Assembly: GCA_017609405.1 (NCBI GenBank)
Contig: JAFCDZ010000001.1
Coordinates: 24,880-88,879 of the forward strand
Origin: Candidatus Pacearchaeota archaeon
Lineage (GTDB): Archaea > Nanobdellota > Nanobdellia > Pacearchaeales > GW2011-AR1
Reading direction: 5' to 3'
DNA: 64,000 nt
Made by a program: the position numbers and the translations under genes. Positions 27,688-37,106 of the stretch are shown piece by piece (positions within the stretch are counted from its first letter, which is position 1; every line of letters starts with the position of its first letter). Under the pieces are notes generated by a model that did not search any database, was not told the origin of the DNA, and saw only the letters and a program-made list of their open reading frames with translations.

Positions 27688-28215
27688 TTATATTTCAAAA
27701 GCTTTTCCATCTCCAACAATCCACTGTTTAAAAACACTCCAAACATCTCTTTCTAATTCACTAAAAAGAGCTTGGTTTTCTAATGAGGATTGCAAAGAGC
27801 TATCTGGAGATATCGGCTTCATAAGAGCAAAACATCTGATAGAATATTTTTTCATTGATGTAGGAAAGCCTCTTGCATTTTGATGAAACTCATAGAAATC
27901 CTTCCAATCCATATTTAAAACAGCCCCAACTACTAAAGGATCTTGAGCTTTTCCAATAAAAGACCATGACCTATCGAACCTTTCTTTTCCATTTCCTTTT
28001 TGATAATGAAAATAAAAACAATCTCCTTTATTCCCTAAAAATATATGTGGAAGAGGATATTCAACACCAGAATAAAAATTACCAACTAAATATCCAGAAC
28101 TATCAATATCATTAAATGGTCCAATAACAAATCTAAGAGGATTATGAGTGTCTAAAAAAAGATGATTTATTCTCTGAATAATCCCACAATAAGAGCTATT
28201 CCCTCTCATAGTCAA
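27688..28215 (-). CDS. Hypothetical protein, atypical composition
   Basis: 175 aa, rich in aromatic/Gly/His and poor in Lys compared with neighbours. No motif recognised. Confidence 0.4.
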   Translation of the reverse strand: MTMRGNSSYCGIIQRINHLFLDTHNPLRFVIGPFNDIDSSGYLVGNFYSGVEYPLPHIFLGNKGDCFYFHYQKGNGKERFDRSWSFIGKAQDPLVVGAVLNMDWKDFYEFHQNARGFPTSMKKYSIRCFALMKPISPDSSLQSSLENQALFSELERDVWSVFKQWIVGDGKAFEI

Positions 28216-28295
28216 AAAAATAGAAAAATTATTTTTTATATATTATTATGTTAAAGAATATTAAAATTTAAAAATAAAAAAAATATTAAAAGAAT

Positions 28296-28460
28296 ATGGA
28301 AAAAGAAGGAAGAGATTATGAATTAGAAAAGAGAACTGACAATCAAAGAATAGACATTAGGGCGATGAGAATAGCAGGATTAGTTGATTTGGAAGAAGTT
28401 GAAATTCCTCCATATGTTCTTGCAGAATATGAATTAAGAGAAGAGCGCAATAGAAATTAA
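28296..28460 (+). CDS. Small acidic ORF (54 aa), hypothetical
   Basis: MEKEGRDYELEKRTDNQRIDIRAMRIAGLVDLEEVEIPPYVLAEYELREERNRN. Open frame in a 246-bp intergenic gap. Below the ORF-track length cutoff. Confidence 0.2.
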   Translation: MEKEGRDYELEKRTDNQRIDIRAMRIAGLVDLEEVEIPPYVLAEYELREERNRN

Positions 28461-28461
28461 A

Positions 28462-29259
28462 TCAAAGAACCTTAAAATCAACCCTAACCCTATGCTTATA
28501 AGGAGCAATATCTCCTGCTAATTTTTTATTCAGAATTTTTATTTTTTTTCCTGCTTCTTTAGCTTGGTTCTTTATTTTCTCTATAACTGAATCAAATTCA
28601 TCAATCTTGCAAAAATCATAATAATAAACTATTGTTCCTTTTTTTGAAAGTGCAAAAGCTTGTTCTAAGAAACTATCTTTTAATTGAGGGCGAGGCATTA
28701 CAATCACATCAAACTTCTTTTTTTGCTCTTTAAGTTTTTCTGCGACTTTTTTGATGTCTCCATTAACAAAGATAATTTTATCTTTTAATTTATTTAACTC
28801 AACATTTAGTTTAGCATATTTATTTGCCTCTCTATTAATTTCATTACTATAAACAATTTTTGCTTTTGAGTTTTTTGCAATTACAATTGAGTAGGGAGCT
28901 ACTCCTGCAAACATAACTAAAACCTCTGCGTTTTTCTTTATTTGCTCTGCAATTTCTTTTCTCTCCCCACTTAAACGAGGAGAAAAGTAAGTTGTATCAA
29001 CATTAAATCTGAAAACACACCCATTCTCTTTATATAAAACCTCTTTGTTTTTCTCTCCTGCCAAGACCCTTGTCTTTATTTTTCTCAGCCTGCCTGAAAA
29101 CTTCCCGACTTTTTCAAGAACAGTTTTAATAGAAGGATTTCTAGAAAGAATCTCTTTTGCAATCTTTTTTTTCTCAGATAGTTTGACGCCGTCTGAAAAT
29201 TTAACAATTGCTATGTTTCCAAGAAAATCATAAGCTCTTCGAGTTGTTTGTTTTGCCAT
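28462..29259 (-). CDS. Trm5/Taw2-family (Met-10+-like) tRNA methyltransferase / aminocarboxypropyltransferase
   Basis: LVMFAGVAPYSIVIAK...VYSNEINREANKYAKLNVELNKL...FVNGD...FDVIVMPRP, the class I MTase motifs of the Trm5/TYW2 family. 265 aa. Confidence 0.7.
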   Translation of the reverse strand: MAKQTTRRAYDFLGNIAIVKFSDGVKLSEKKKIAKEILSRNPSIKTVLEKVGKFSGRLRKIKTRVLAGEKNKEVLYKENGCVFRFNVDTTYFSPRLSGERKEIAEQIKKNAEVLVMFAGVAPYSIVIAKNSKAKIVYSNEINREANKYAKLNVELNKLKDKIIFVNGDIKKVAEKLKEQKKKFDVIVMPRPQLKDSFLEQAFALSKKGTIVYYYDFCKIDEFDSVIEKIKNQAKEAGKKIKILNKKLAGDIAPYKHRVRVDFKVL

Positions 29260-29273
29260 AATAAAAATAAGAA

Positions 29274-29633
29274 TTGATTTATTTTAAAGCTTATGACAGA
29301 CACAAAGTTTATAAAAACAAGAAGCTTTATTTGGAAATGGTAAAAAAAGCAGGTGGATACATTTTATCCTTATCAGGAATTTTTGGATTCATAATAACCC
29401 TTGACAAAGTTTCTAAAAAATATAAAATAAAATTCCCTTTAATAATATCAAAAAAACCAGAAATATTATTATCAAAAACAGCGATATTAATTATTTCAGG
29501 TGTTTTATTTTTAATTGGAATTGTTCTTTTAGCAAAAAACACTTCTCAAAAAAGAACAAAAAAAGGTATGAAAAAAGTTCCCATATACCACAAAGGAGAA
29601 GTTGTTGGTTATGAACTTGAATCAGGCTCTTAA
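29274..29633 (+). CDS. Small membrane protein, hypothetical
   Basis: 119 aa, two predicted TM helices. Confidence 0.35.
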   Translation: MIYFKAYDRHKVYKNKKLYLEMVKKAGGYILSLSGIFGFIITLDKVSKKYKIKFPLIISKKPEILLSKTAILIISGVLFLIGIVLLAKNTSQKRTKKGMKKVPIYHKGEVVGYELESGS

Positions 29634-29944
29634 AAAACCTCTCTTTTAAAAAATTTATAAAAAGGTTTGAAAAAATATCTAAAAAAAGCAAAAGCTACTA
29701 AAATAAAAGAAAGAACATAAAATACCCAATACAAAAAAGAGATATCAATATCATAAAGATATAAATTATAGATTGTCAAAGCAGAAGCAGAAAAACCAAT
29801 GCCAAAACAAAGAGGTTTGTTTTTCTTGAACAAAATTCCTGCGACCCAATAATAAGTAATAAGAAACAAGATAAATAAAAGAGGATAAATAAAATCAAGA
29901 TTAGATAATGCATTCACTTGTTGAGATATAAAATATTCTGACAT
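29630..29944 (-). CDS. Small membrane protein, hypothetical
   Basis: 104 aa, hydrophobic. Confidence 0.35.
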   Translation of the reverse strand: MSEYFISQQVNALSNLDFIYPLLFILFLITYYWVAGILFKKNKPLCFGIGFSASALTIYNLYLYDIDISFLYWVFYVLSFILVAFAFFRYFFKPFYKFFKREVF

Positions 29945-29945
29945 C

Positions 29946-30650
29946 CTAATCCTCCTTTCCTAAAACATTGAAAAAAGTTTCCCAATATCTTCTAACATGG
30001 TCAAGGAATTTTCTATTGAATTCTTCTTGTTCCTGCTCTTCTCTTTTTTTCTGCTCTTCTTTAAGCATTTTAAGATATACAAAAAATGCATCAAACAATC
30101 TAAGAACAAAGGAAAATAAAACTAAAGCAATAAGAAAAATCCAATATCCATAGTCTGAAATAATAGAACTAAAAAATTTAGAAGTAATCTCAGATAAAAA
30201 AACAAAAAAACCTAATTGAGCCCCAATAACATTTAATAAAAAAGAGAAAATAATAGCTTTATCATAAAAAGTAGAAAATTGAAAAATATCATAAAAATAA
30301 CGCATAAGAATAAGCCACCAAAAAAAAGCAAATAAAAAAACAAAAGAAAATTCATATTTCATTCCAAGTATTATAATCCATATAAAATTAAGTTTCTCTA
30401 AAAGAGCATTCATATAATAAAAAAATTTAATATTAGACAATCTTTTTTTCCACTCAAATTTGAGATAATCGCTGCTTTTTCCAGAAGAGATATCATCTGC
30501 AATATAATTAACAGTTTCAATACCTTCTTCTAATTTTTCCCCGCTCTGAATTAATTCATCAGGATTAAGAGAATATGCTTTAGCAACTAAGAGAATGATT
30601 AATATAGATAAAAGAATAAATAATATACCTCTTTTTTGCCTTAAATCCAT
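29946..30650 (-). CDS. Membrane protein, hypothetical
   Basis: 234 aa. N-terminal signal/TM, then several TM helices and a charged C-terminus. Confidence 0.4.
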   Translation of the reverse strand: MDLRQKRGILFILLSILIILLVAKAYSLNPDELIQSGEKLEEGIETVNYIADDISSGKSSDYLKFEWKKRLSNIKFFYYMNALLEKLNFIWIIILGMKYEFSFVFLFAFFWWLILMRYFYDIFQFSTFYDKAIIFSFLLNVIGAQLGFFVFLSEITSKFFSSIISDYGYWIFLIALVLFSFVLRLFDAFFVYLKMLKEEQKKREEQEQEEFNRKFLDHVRRYWETFFNVLGKED

Positions 30651-31032
30651 AATAAAAAAAGGAACCTCTCATTTAAAAAATTAGTGATAATTGGGCAATA
30701 AATATTCTGTTGGAAAAGGAGTTGTTGAAAGACTTTGATTTAAATGAAAGAGTTAACAAGAGGATATTCTTCGTTAGGTTCAACATTTCCAAGCAGGTTA
30801 AACAAGTGCTTCTGTTTTAGTTAGGTTCATAAAAGCTGAGCAATCCCTTGAATTGCTGAACATCTGAACATTGCCTCAAAAAAATTAGATGCTAATTAAA
30901 ATATAAGAAAAAAGGATTAATTGAAAAGATAAAAGAATACCCCACTTATCCTATTTTTAGATATCCAGTTCATGAGTTTATTATCTCATTTAAGAATTAA
31001 TTTCCCTAACTCTCAGGGGGTTGTTATAATTA

Positions 31033-31995
31033 TCAGGATTCTTCTGTAGCTACTCTCTTAATTCCTTTAAGAAAAGTCATTGCTTGCTTAGCAGTTGTAA
31101 TATTCTGACCAATTGCTTTCTCCTCATGCAATAATTTCTTAAGAGCATATTTTCTTGCAGCATATTTCCTAAGAGGAGTAATAAAAAACATTTCAAAACC
31201 AAAGAAAGCTACTATATTTGAAGCTAATGCGAGAACAATCCCAAAAACACCTAGTCCCATAAATAAAGCAATTGAAACAAGAGCCATCTGTCGAATAAAA
31301 CCAATTTGCCCCATTACAATAGCTAAAATAATTGCAACACCCCAATCAAATCCTGGACTTAAAGTAGAAAAAGATCTAAAGATGTCAGCAAACACAAGGA
31401 TAAATAACACAACAAGTAACCCCAAAACAATAATTGAAGAACCTGCTCCGATTTCATCTATTAAAGCTTGAGGAATATTTGGAACAAATAAAAAAAGAAC
31501 AGTAGATAAAGCTGCTGAAACATAAGGAAGATTAATATTAAGATTATCTTTAAGAACATCGTGAATAGGTATAAGATTATCACTTGAAGATAATGCAATT
31601 ACTTGTTTATGAAAATTAGTTATAGTGCTATCTAAAAAAGAACCTTTAAATGGAAAAATTGGCCCAGCAAAAGCCATAACAATGATATATAAAAATAATG
31701 TAATTCCAATACCGGCTAATAAAGTATAAGACCACTTATCTGTAGCTTTGTGAATAATAAAGATAAGAGTACCAACAATAACAGCAATAACACCAAAAAG
31801 AACCATATTATTAAGATTATTTGTAAATGAAGGAAAATATGATAAACCTAAAAGAAAAAGAACAACGAGAAGAGCTATCACCAACCCTGGAGAAACGCCG
31901 CCCATTGAAAAAAAACCAGAACTTCTTTTAGTTTTAAAAGATACACTATCAGAGTTTTCAGGAGATGGTGCATTCCCTGGAATACCAACTGCCAT
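31033..31995 (-). CDS. Polytopic membrane protein, hypothetical
   Basis: 320 aa, at least 7 hydrophobic segments. Confidence 0.45.
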   Translation of the reverse strand: MAVGIPGNAPSPENSDSVSFKTKRSSGFFSMGGVSPGLVIALLVVLFLLGLSYFPSFTNNLNNMVLFGVIAVIVGTLIFIIHKATDKWSYTLLAGIGITLFLYIIVMAFAGPIFPFKGSFLDSTITNFHKQVIALSSSDNLIPIHDVLKDNLNINLPYVSAALSTVLFLFVPNIPQALIDEIGAGSSIIVLGLLVVLFILVFADIFRSFSTLSPGFDWGVAIILAIVMGQIGFIRQMALVSIALFMGLGVFGIVLALASNIVAFFGFEMFFITPLRKYAARKYALKKLLHEEKAIGQNITTAKQAMTFLKGIKRVATEES

Positions 31996-32115
31996 ATCAA
32001 TTAATCCCTCCTTTTATTTTAAATAAATTAAATAACTCCATAACCTAAATAAAAATCTTTTATTTATAAAGATTTCGTAATTTTTTTGAATAATATTTCA
32101 CAAACCCCCAACCCC

Positions 32116-33153
32116 CTAAAACCACTCCCCCAAGCCTTTTTGACTTTGTTTTTTTCGAGCATCTCGAAGTTTTTCAAGCTGTTTTTCAACTCTTTCAGGA
32201 GAAAAATCATGCCTCTCAATTAAGATTTCTTTTATCTTTTCTTCATTAATTTTTGGAAAATTCAATTCAACATCTTTAACAGCAGGTTTATGAAACAATT
32301 CAAAAATATCTCTCCAATCAAACCTATCTTCTTCAGGAAGAGAAAGAATTTTTTCTTCAACAAATTCAAATATTTTAATTGGGTATTTATATTTACGAAC
32401 AATTTCAAGGGCTTTTTTTTGTCCAATTCCTGGAACTCCTTTTGGATTATAATCAGTTCCAACCAAAATTCCAAGACAGATTAATTGGTCCAAATCAATT
32501 TCAAGAGAGCTTAAGACATTTGATAATTCAATTTCAACAGGAAAAATCTCTTTATATCCAAAAGCAGTTTTCCTCCTTCGAGAAATTGTAAGGTTTTGAA
32601 TGAGCCTCTTTGCCCCAAACAACAAACTATCATAATCCTGGCTAACAACAGAATAAATTTCAGGTTTTTTAGTTAAAAAAGAAGCTTCTGCCTCCCCCTC
32701 CCCCGGAGCCTGAACAACTAAAATCCCCATAGCTTCAAGAAGCTCCTTACTCTCATTAATCATCTCATCATTTAATCTAACTAACTGGCTTGAATATCTT
32801 TTCATAGCATCTAAATCTCCTTCTTTCTTAGCAGACTCATATTTTTCAAAAGCAATTTCTCTTGTCTTCTGGCGAACCTCATGAATCTTTTCTTTTAATT
32901 CAGGAGGTTTTCCGTCAAAAACATAGATTAACTTCAAACCATCAACAAGAAGCGAGATATTTCTATAAAAAATCCCTGAAAGATGACTTGTAACATTTCC
33001 TCTTTTATCCATTAAAGGAGTTCCATCCATCTGCCTGATTGAGGATAAAAATTGATAGAGAACATTAAAAGCATCAACACAAAAAATTTTTCCGCTTAAT
33101 TCTTTAACTGAAATCTCTTTCTTTGGAATTATCTCACCAATATTCAAACCCAT
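32116..33153 (-). CDS. fen: Flap endonuclease FEN-1
   Basis: N-terminal MGLNIGEIIP...KIFCVDAFNVLYQFL and the XPG-I region GVPGIGQKKALEIV, a canonical FEN-1/XPG layout. 345 aa. Confidence 0.9.
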   Translation of the reverse strand: MGLNIGEIIPKKEISVKELSGKIFCVDAFNVLYQFLSSIRQMDGTPLMDKRGNVTSHLSGIFYRNISLLVDGLKLIYVFDGKPPELKEKIHEVRQKTREIAFEKYESAKKEGDLDAMKRYSSQLVRLNDEMINESKELLEAMGILVVQAPGEGEAEASFLTKKPEIYSVVSQDYDSLLFGAKRLIQNLTISRRRKTAFGYKEIFPVEIELSNVLSSLEIDLDQLICLGILVGTDYNPKGVPGIGQKKALEIVRKYKYPIKIFEFVEEKILSLPEEDRFDWRDIFELFHKPAVKDVELNFPKINEEKIKEILIERHDFSPERVEKQLEKLRDARKKQSQKGLGEWF

Positions 33154-33194
33154 ATAAAGAGATAATACTAAGGATATAAATAATTATCTAAAAA

Positions 33195-33212
33195 ATGGAC
33201 CCGGAGGGAATC
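33195..33212 (-). repeat. Perfect 18-nt direct copy of the 3' terminus of tRNA-Arg, 132 nt downstream of the tRNA in minus orientation
   Basis: tggacccggagggaatcg at 33195-33212 equals 33345-33362, followed by gggcctcac as at the other two tRNA loci. Confidence 0.85.
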
Positions 33213-33344
33213 GGGCCTCACAGCAACACTGAAGCTCGACCTAATTCGTCTACTCCCTTCAGTCGTAGCCAAATAGGCCTCATATCAAAGATATTCGACC
33301 TGCTTCGCCCAAGCGTGGTCAAAGCAAACCTAAAGGTTCGATTA

Positions 33345-33416
33345 TGGACCCGGAGGGAATCGAACCCCCACCAGCCGGGCCGAAACCGGATATTCTATCC
33401 ATTAAACTACGGGTCC
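33345..33416 (-). tRNA. tRNA-Arg (probable anticodon TCG), CCA not encoded
   Basis: Reverse complement GGACCCGTAGTTTAATGGATAGAATATCCGGTTTCGGCCCGGCTGGTGGGGGTTCGATTCCCTCCGGGTCCA. Perfect 7-bp acceptor, T arm with TTCGATT, anticodon loop TTTCGGC. There is one mismatch at the top of the anticodon stem, so the anticodon call is less certain. Confidence 0.7.
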
Positions 33417-33682
33417 AATCTAATAAAGAAGATAAGGTTTTTTAATTTATTCATAAGACAATTTAGTTGAAAAATTCGTCTTAGAAATTAATTCATACAA
33501 CCAAAGGAGTTAGTAAAAAAGTTTCACATCATTATCAGTAATAAAACATCTTGCTCAACAAGCTAAAAATTAAAGAGCTTGTTAAACCCTAACTAAATGC
33601 TGACCACGCCAAAATTTATCGCACTAACACTTCAATATTTTCAAAACCAAAAAAATAAAAATAGAAAAAAACATAAAGAGAA

Positions 33683-34690
33683 ATGAAAAGAGATGTTTTT
33701 TATGCAGTAATGATTATTATAGGAACTTGCATTGGAGCAGGTTTTCTTGGAATACCTTATGTTGCTGCAAAAACTAATTTTTTTATTGCTCTTTTAGAGC
33801 TTATATTAATTGGAGCACTCATTCTAATAATCAATTTAATGCTTGGAAAGATAGCAATAAAAACAAAAGAAAACCATCAACTATCAGGCTACGCCATGAA
33901 ATATCTTGGAAAAAAAGGATATTATCTCATGCAATTTTCAATGCTTGTCGGAATCTACTCTGCTATAATAGCCTACTTAATTGGGATAGGAAAAAGTCTC
34001 TCAATTCTCACATCATATGATTACTTCACATTATCAATAGCAACAGGAATAATCACAGCAATTATATTAAAAGGAAACCTTAGTGCAGTAAAGAGTTTTG
34101 AAAAATGGGCAAACCTCTTAATCCTCACAATTATTTTAATATTAACTTTTTCATTCTTAAATAAAATAGATTATCAAAATTTTCTAATAATAAACTCAAA
34201 AAATGTTTTCCTTCCTTTTGGAGTAATCTTATTTGCAATGCTCTCTTTTGCAGCAATCCCTCAAGCAAAAATAATCTTAAAAAATAAGAAGGATTTAAAA
34301 AAAGCTATAATAATTGGAACAATAATACCAATTATATTTTATGCCTTATTTACTTTTATTGTTGTTGGATATCTTGGACCAAACACACCCCAAGTATCTA
34401 CACTAGCACTTGGAAAAGCATCAATAATTCTTGGTATATTAACAATGCTCACATCATATATTGCATTAGGAAACGCCTTACAAGAAGAATTTGTATTTGA
34501 TGAAAAAATAAACAAAAGAACCTCATGGTTATTAGTTACAAGCATCCCTGTAGCAGTCTTTATTTTAATGAATTTACTAAAAATAGATTCATTCGCTTAT
34601 GTTCTCTCAGTAGGGGGAAATGTCTCAGGAATACTCACAATAGTTCTTATAATTGCAATGTATATGAAATCATTTAAGTTTCTTAATTAA
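33683..34690 (+). CDS. Membrane transporter, amino-acid permease-like
   Basis: 335 aa, about 9-10 TM segments. The N-terminal IGTCIGAGFLGIPY resembles aromatic amino acid/APC-type permeases. Confidence 0.45.
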   Translation: MKRDVFYAVMIIIGTCIGAGFLGIPYVAAKTNFFIALLELILIGALILIINLMLGKIAIKTKENHQLSGYAMKYLGKKGYYLMQFSMLVGIYSAIIAYLIGIGKSLSILTSYDYFTLSIATGIITAIILKGNLSAVKSFEKWANLLILTIILILTFSFLNKIDYQNFLIINSKNVFLPFGVILFAMLSFAAIPQAKIILKNKKDLKKAIIIGTIIPIIFYALFTFIVVGYLGPNTPQVSTLALGKASIILGILTMLTSYIALGNALQEEFVFDEKINKRTSWLLVTSIPVAVFILMNLLKIDSFAYVLSVGGNVSGILTIVLIIAMYMKSFKFLN

Positions 34691-36028
34691 TAAGGAGCGG
34701 ACAATTGAATAATCAGCCATGTTTTGGGTTTTTCTCATAACCTGTCCAATTAAAAAATTGATTGCCTTTTCTTCGCCATTTTTATAATCTTCCACTGCTT
34801 TTTTATTTTCTCTCAAAACCTCGTCAATCAAATTAGATATTTTATCCTCGTCTTGAACAATTTTCCCACTAACCTCTTTTGAAGGAGAAAAAGATTTAGG
34901 AATCCATTTTCTCAAAATTTCTTTTGCTTTTAATTCAGTTATTTTTTTATTCATAATCAAATCCAAAAGTTCAACAAAATGTTTTTCAGAAATCTCGACA
35001 TCTTCAAGTTCTTTTTTATTATAATTCAAAACATTTCTTAATTCAATAACAACCCATCGAACAGCGAGAGAAGGTTCTGTTTTGTCAATAATATTTTCGA
35101 AAAATTCTGCTATTGCAAGATCTTTAACAAGAATTTCAGCGTATTTTTTTTCAATTTTATATTTTTTTATTAACTTATCTAATTTTTCTAAAGGAGTTTC
35201 TGGAAGATTTTCTTTAATCTTTCTGATTCTCTTTTTATCTATTTTAATAACAGGCAAATCAGGATCAGTTAAAAAACGATAATCTTCAGCATTCTCTTTT
35301 AACCTCATTAAAATAGTTTTTCCAGATGAAAAAGCTCTTGTTTCTTGCTTTTTCGGAACCTCTTTCTCTTGCCTTGAAACCTCATAATCAATAGCTTTTT
35401 GAATATTTTTAATAGAATTAACATTTTTTATCTCTACCCTTGCCCCTTTTTTTGATGGAAGAGAAACATTAACATCGCATTTTATTCCTGCTGATTTATC
35501 TAAAGCTTTGACGTAACTAAGCGTATGAATTAATTTTCTCAACCAATCAACAACCTGTTCTGAGGTTTCAAAATCTGGTTCAGTGACTATTTCAACAAGA
35601 GGAAGCCCTGAACGATTGTAATCTATCTCTCCTGTCTCAGGATTCCACGCAGCAGGATCTTCCTCAAGATGACATTCTTTTATCCTTATTCCTAAAAAAT
35701 TACCATCAACACCATTAGGAACAGAATAAGCTCCTGAAATAGTATCCTGATAACCTTTCGGTAAATCAGGCCAATTATAGTGCTTCCTCTGCCAATAAAT
35801 TTTCTCATTGACTTTGCAACCCAACAAAAGAGCTATCTGAATTATTTTATCAATTGCTTCTTTATTTGGAGGCATAGGTTTTGCACCTGGTTGTCCAGTA
35901 CAAATTGGGCAAATATTTGTATTAGGTTTTGTTAATTTAGCACCATGAATTGCTTTGCAAGAGCAGAAAAGCTTTTCAGAAGTATTAAGATAACCATGAA
36001 TTTCCAAACCAATTTTTGCTTTAACCAT
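34670..36028 (-). CDS. gatB: Asp-tRNA(Asn)/Glu-tRNA(Gln) amidotransferase subunit B
   Basis: KIGLEIHGYLNTSEKLFCSC...NICPICTGQPGAKP and a C-terminal GatB/YqeY-type domain (FLIGQVMRKTQ). 452 aa, which is GatB-sized rather than GatE-sized. Confidence 0.85.
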   Translation of the reverse strand: MVKAKIGLEIHGYLNTSEKLFCSCKAIHGAKLTKPNTNICPICTGQPGAKPMPPNKEAIDKIIQIALLLGCKVNEKIYWQRKHYNWPDLPKGYQDTISGAYSVPNGVDGNFLGIRIKECHLEEDPAAWNPETGEIDYNRSGLPLVEIVTEPDFETSEQVVDWLRKLIHTLSYVKALDKSAGIKCDVNVSLPSKKGARVEIKNVNSIKNIQKAIDYEVSRQEKEVPKKQETRAFSSGKTILMRLKENAEDYRFLTDPDLPVIKIDKKRIRKIKENLPETPLEKLDKLIKKYKIEKKYAEILVKDLAIAEFFENIIDKTEPSLAVRWVVIELRNVLNYNKKELEDVEISEKHFVELLDLIMNKKITELKAKEILRKWIPKSFSPSKEVSGKIVQDEDKISNLIDEVLRENKKAVEDYKNGEEKAINFLIGQVMRKTQNMADYSIVRSLLIKKLK

Positions 36029-36078
36029 AAAAAAAAGAAAAAAGAAAGGTTTTTATATTTTAGGAAAAAGAGAACACT

Positions 36079-36345
36079 ATGAAAAATACAATAAAAATAA
36101 AAGCAATAATATCAAGTTCTTTAATTGTTTCTTTTTTAATAACCACATTAACAGGTATTGGACTATACTTTGCCCCTTCTGAAAGAATAGCAAGAGCAAC
36201 AAACTGGACTTTTTTATCTTTTAGCAAAACATCTCTTGAGAATGTCCATACAATTTTCGGATTTATAATGGCTGCATTAATAATCATTCATTTTTTATTA
36301 AACTACAAACTTTTTAAAGGAGAGATAAAAGCATTAAACAAATAA
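36079..36345 (+). CDS. Small membrane protein, hypothetical
   Basis: 88 aa, two hydrophobic helices. Confidence 0.3.
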   Translation: MKNTIKIKAIISSSLIVSFLITTLTGIGLYFAPSERIARATNWTFLSFSKTSLENVHTIFGFIMAALIIIHFLLNYKLFKGEIKALNK

Positions 36346-36810
36346 TCACTTTTTCAATCTTCTTGCCTTTGGAATAAAATTAGTTATCTTATTTTCAGAC
36401 GCTTTTCCTGTTCCCAAAAAATCATCTCCAGATTTCATGATTAAAAAATCTCTCTTTCCAGTTGATATAAGAAGCTCTTGGCCTTTCATCCATTCAAAAA
36501 CTTCATTTTCAGAAAGCTCATAGATATTCTTCGAAATTTGATCTTTCAACAATTGACTACCCTCAATACTTAATCTTATCTTATCATTTTGTATTTTTCC
36601 AAAATAAACACCAATTCTATCAATGTCAAGAAAATCAAGTAGTTTAAGCAACTCCTCTTTGTTAAGATTACCAGTAAAAAGATAAATCTTACCTTCATTC
36701 CTCTGAACAAGCAATCCATCAAGAGCCTTAATACCAAATTGCTCCTTAAGTTTATTAATAAACTGTTTTTTCTCCTCTTCATTCAAAATCTTTAGTTTAG
36801 ATTCTCTCAT
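36346..36810 (-). CDS. Possible PUA-domain RNA-binding protein (Nip7-like?)
   Basis: 154 aa. The Gly-rich C-terminus (ISTGKRDFLIMKSGDDFLGTGKA) resembles a PUA fold. Weak. Confidence 0.3.
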   Translation of the reverse strand: MRESKLKILNEEEKKQFINKLKEQFGIKALDGLLVQRNEGKIYLFTGNLNKEELLKLLDFLDIDRIGVYFGKIQNDKIRLSIEGSQLLKDQISKNIYELSENEVFEWMKGQELLISTGKRDFLIMKSGDDFLGTGKASENKITNFIPKARRLKK

Positions 36811-36827
36811 CTTATGACACCTCCATT

Positions 36828-37106
36828 CACCTCCTTGAGTTTCCTAAATTTGGCGATGAAAAATCCTTCTGCTCAGGACCCTTCATTGGGATTAATACCT
36901 CCTTCTAACTCTCTAACTTTCTTAAATTTGGCAATGAAAAATCCTTCTGCTCAGGACCCTTCATTGGGATTAATACCTCCTTCTAACTCTCTAACTTTCC
37001 TAAATTTGGCAATGAAAAATCCTTCTGCTCAGGACCCTTCATTGGGATTAATACCTCCTTCTAACTCTCTAACTTTCCTAAATTTGGCAATGAAAAATCC
37101 TTCGGT
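36828..37106. repeat. Tandem array, about 3.6 copies of a 78-bp unit, equal to the last 26 codons (including stop) of the Nop2/Sun gene
   Basis: Period 78 (unit starts at 36873, 36951, 37029, plus a partial copy at 36828-36872). On the minus strand each unit encodes AEGFFIAKFRKVRELEGGINPNEGS*. The gene-terminal copy is 37029-37106. Confidence 0.9.

Noticed and set aside
33195-33470. ORF-track 91-aa frame (MDPEGIGPHSN...)
   Set aside because: It covers the tRNA-Arg gene and its att-like repeat. Not coding.
36828-37106. Possible CRISPR array or minisatellite
   Set aside because: A period-78 tandem duplication of a gene terminus, with no spacer/repeat alternation.
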